Part shown: positions 17,144-20,000 of the stretch, piece by piece | Position numbering within the stretch: position 1 is the stretch's first letter | How the letters are laid out: each line of letters starts with the position of its first letter | From: an uncultured virus (IMG/VR IMGVR_UViG_3300001528_000811) | Taxonomy: Duplodnaviria; Heunggongvirae; Uroviricota; Caudoviricetes | IMG/VR virus record: IMGVR_UViG_3300001528_000811 | Length of the DNA stretch: 20,000 bases | Strand: one strand, 5' to 3' | Translations under genes and position numbers: made by a program | The notes under the pieces: generated by a model | The model's input: only the letters and a program-made list of their open reading frames with translations | What the model was told of the DNA's origin: nothing | The model's database searches: none

Positions 17144-17799
17144 TGAAGGATTTTTTGAGTAGAAATGATTTAATGAATAATATTTTAAATTTATATGAAA
17201 ATAAAAAAAATCGTATAGTTGAATACCAAATAAAAACAAGAAGATTAGCTGAATTAAAAAATGATTTAGATTTATTTAATAAATATGATTTAATTTATAC
17301 TAATTTAAGAGCTAGACTCCAATTAGCAATTTCATCTTATGAAAATGAAAGATTGGAAATACTAGTCTCTGAGGTTGAAAATGATTTAAGTTTAGTATTC
17401 CCAAATGATGACTTTACAGTTAAATTTGTTCCCGGAACTTTCAGAAATACACCTATTTTAAAATTATATTCTGGGCATAAAGGTGGAGTTTTACAACCAA
17501 CAAAATATCAACATGGAAGAATGTGTAGACAAGTTATAGGATTATCTATAACTTCAAATATACAATTATTACTTGGTTGTGAGATATTATTTTTAGATGA
17601 ACCTTTAAATAGCGGTGACTCAGAGTCTGAGAGACAAGCATCAGAAATAATAAAAAAATTGGTAGAAAATAATTATCAAATAATTTATACGGAACATAAA
17701 CATGAAGCATATAATGAATTGCCTCGTAGAGAAATTCATTTAAAAAGAGATACAGATACAAATGTAACTGTAGTGGATAAAGTTCTTGATTTTGAATAA
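17143..17799 (+). CDS. sbcC: SbcC/Rad50-like ATPase, C-terminal half (signature, Walker B, D-loop, H-loop)
   Basis: Short N-terminal coil, signature-position QHGRMCRQVIGLSI (from 17509), Walker B/D-loop ILFLDEPLNSGD (17584-17619) and H-loop IIYTEH (17680-17697). TAATG coupling with the upstream gene. Confidence 0.85.
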   Translation: MKDFLSRNDLMNNILNLYENKKNRIVEYQIKTRRLAELKNDLDLFNKYDLIYTNLRARLQLAISSYENERLEILVSEVENDLSLVFPNDDFTVKFVPGTFRNTPILKLYSGHKGGVLQPTKYQHGRMCRQVIGLSITSNIQLLLGCEILFLDEPLNSGDSESERQASEIIKKLVENNYQIIYTEHKHEAYNELPRREIHLKRDTDTNVTVVDKVLDFE

Positions 17800-17815
17800 T
17801 GAGGAGGTGATAATT

Positions 17816-19906
17816 TTGAATATAATAAACTCAATTAATAAAACAATAAAATCAAATTATTTTAATAAATTATTTAATAATTTTTATTTTAATAATATAC
17901 TATCAGATAAAAATATAAATGAATTTGAATTTAATATTGATGAGTTAAATGAAAATTTGTGTATATTTAAACAAGATATTTTAAAAGGTTATGAGAATTA
18001 TTTAAATTACAAAATAAATAGTAATTTAAATATTTTTAATATAGAAAATCAAGATTATATAACTTTAACTTTTAATACTATTGGTTTGTCAATATTACAA
18101 AAAATATTTAAATGTGATGATATGCCTAAAAAAATAAAAGTTATACTAATGTGTAATTCTATATATTTTTCACAGCAAGAAAAGGGTAGGGTATTATTAA
18201 AAAAATTTTTTGATACAGCTGAAATATTAAAATCCAAATTTAATATTACCATTATTTTTGTAGATATAAAAAATGTAATTTTAAATGAGTATTTTCTCGA
18301 AGATATAGACATATTATTTTTTGGAGAACGCAAAGCAGACTCAGGGTTTAGAACTTTTATTTTTAATACAAAAACATCTAAAGCAGATATTTTATTAGAT
18401 ATGAACGAAGATTTATTTAATAAATTTTTAGAAGATGCCAGCAACATATATAATATAAAAAAAATAAAATATAAAGATGTTTATTTTTTAACTTTACAAT
18501 TGTACAGAAATATAGACAGGATTATTCAAATATTCAAGGATAAAACTAAAATAATATGTAAAGTTGAATTGACAATAGAAGGAACAATGTATGATTTATC
18601 TTGGGCTTTAATATGTTTAATATTACATCTTACTAATTTAAAATTAGATTGTAAAATAAAATATTTGTTGCCTGATAATTTAAAATTAACTTATTATTTA
18701 ATAGCTAATAATATTTATTTTTATAATAGACCTATAGGTTATTATTTGAATAATTTTAGATATGTTTATAAGAATAAAAATAAATTAGATATATTTTATG
18801 ATAATGAAAATTTTAATAATATGAATTTTAAAGAGTTATTTAAAGACATACATTTTTATACAATTGAATTAGATAATATATTCTATTTAAGAGATTTACG
18901 AGAAAATTCAGAGTTAAATATTTTTAATATTGAAAATTTATTAAATAGTGATATTAATATTTTGGATGTAGAGGAGTTATTATTGGATTATGTTTCTGAT
19001 ATTATAACATTAAAAAAACACATACCTTTATACAAGACAAATAATAAATCAATATTACAGGAGCAAATAAGTAGTTATATAGATTTAAATACTATAAAAT
19101 CTTTAGAAACGTTTAGAAATATTGATATTTTATTTTTAATGTATTATTTTGATTTTATAGAAAATAAAAGAGATGGAGCTACAGAGTTACCTACATTAGA
19201 ACAAGTAATAAATAATATTATGAATAGCTTTAAACAAATTTTTGTACAAAAAGGATTATTCGTGGAACAAGATGATATATTTTTTATAAAAGATAGAAAT
19301 GAAAAATTGTATTTAACAGCAATTGATAAAGATTTAATATCTTTAACATCTAGATTAAAATTAAAGCAAGACTTTAAGATAGATTTTGATATAATAGATT
19401 TCATAGGAATACTTTGTTCAGTATTTAATTTAAATTTAAATTGTAATGATATATCTCAATTAGAAGAACAGAATTTAAAATCTTTAAATAATTCTTTAAA
19501 TACAATCTTTAAAAATTATAACAATATAAATACTCTTTTTCATAAATTTACTTCAGAAGCTGGAAAAGGGGGAAATGTAGATGATATATCTTACAATATA
19601 ATAGGTGAATTATCTCCTAAAAATAAACATCTCAATGAGGTTAAATGGTTTAATAATACAGTTTTAGAATACAAAGCAATAATAAAATATAGTAATTGTA
19701 TTGAAACTTTAGAACAATATAATAGATATCTATATGAAATATATTTAACATTATTATATATTAGGAGAAAAAATTGTACTAAAAAGTTACAACAACCTTT
19801 TATGAAATATAAATCATTATTGAAAGATTTAATATCTCCTTCATTGGAACTGAATTCTACAAATAATTATTTAACTGTAAACTTAGGATTAAAATATAAA
19901 CTTTAA
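17816..19906 (+). CDS. Large hypothetical protein (~696 aa)
   Basis: RBS GAGGAGGTGA (17801-17810) points to the in-frame TTG 17816 rather than 17786. Asn/Ile/Lys-rich, no motif recognised. Confidence 0.8.
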   Translation: MNIINSINKTIKSNYFNKLFNNFYFNNILSDKNINEFEFNIDELNENLCIFKQDILKGYENYLNYKINSNLNIFNIENQDYITLTFNTIGLSILQKIFKCDDMPKKIKVILMCNSIYFSQQEKGRVLLKKFFDTAEILKSKFNITIIFVDIKNVILNEYFLEDIDILFFGERKADSGFRTFIFNTKTSKADILLDMNEDLFNKFLEDASNIYNIKKIKYKDVYFLTLQLYRNIDRIIQIFKDKTKIICKVELTIEGTMYDLSWALICLILHLTNLKLDCKIKYLLPDNLKLTYYLIANNIYFYNRPIGYYLNNFRYVYKNKNKLDIFYDNENFNNMNFKELFKDIHFYTIELDNIFYLRDLRENSELNIFNIENLLNSDINILDVEELLLDYVSDIITLKKHIPLYKTNNKSILQEQISSYIDLNTIKSLETFRNIDILFLMYYFDFIENKRDGATELPTLEQVINNIMNSFKQIFVQKGLFVEQDDIFFIKDRNEKLYLTAIDKDLISLTSRLKLKQDFKIDFDIIDFIGILCSVFNLNLNCNDISQLEEQNLKSLNNSLNTIFKNYNNINTLFHKFTSEAGKGGNVDDISYNIIGELSPKNKHLNEVKWFNNTVLEYKAIIKYSNCIETLEQYNRYLYEIYLTLLYIRRKNCTKKLQQPFMKYKSLLKDLISPSLELNSTNNYLTVNLGLKYKL

Positions 19907-20000
19907 TATTTTTATTAGATTTTAATTATTTTAATCCTTAAATATTTTATATTTTAATATTTAATAAATTTAACTCTTGTTAGTATTCTAATATATTAAA

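Noticed and set aside
688..19404. All minus-strand ORFs in the track (688, 2565, 3624, 5076, 6366, 7517, 8843, 17546, 18055, 19144)
   Set aside because: Each lies wholly antisense within a longer + strand gene, and their Phe/Ser/Ile/Leu-rich composition is what antisense shadows of AT-rich genes look like.

Overview
Very AT-rich, densely coding window. All 17 credible genes lie on the + strand with strong Firmicute-type Shine-Dalgarno sites and several TTG/GTG starts. It reads as a large phage or megaplasmid of a low-GC Gram-positive host rather than chromosomal core (inference). Three modules are recognisable. (1) A soluble FtsK/EssC-like ATPase followed by a ~230-aa all-helical protein, a possible WXG100/type VII-like pair. 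(2) A replication cluster: a family A DNA polymerase with no N-terminal exonuclease and unusual active-site substitutions (steric-gate E->D; motif B F762->L and Y766->N by Klenow numbering), a NERD-type nuclease, a zinc-finger-less TOPRIM primase whose catalytic Glu is Asp, and a 561-aa acidic-tailed protein. (3) An SbcCD/Mre11-Rad50 cluster in which Rad50 is split at the zinc hook, with SbcD, a small coiled-coil protein and a probable beta-clamp lying between the halves. The intergenic regions share a 14-mer (AATATTTAATATTT, 9 exact copies), two tandem arrays and two perfect 25-26 bp inverted repeats. The 5623-5927 region is a candidate replication origin. All calls rest on motif recognition by eye; no searches were run.
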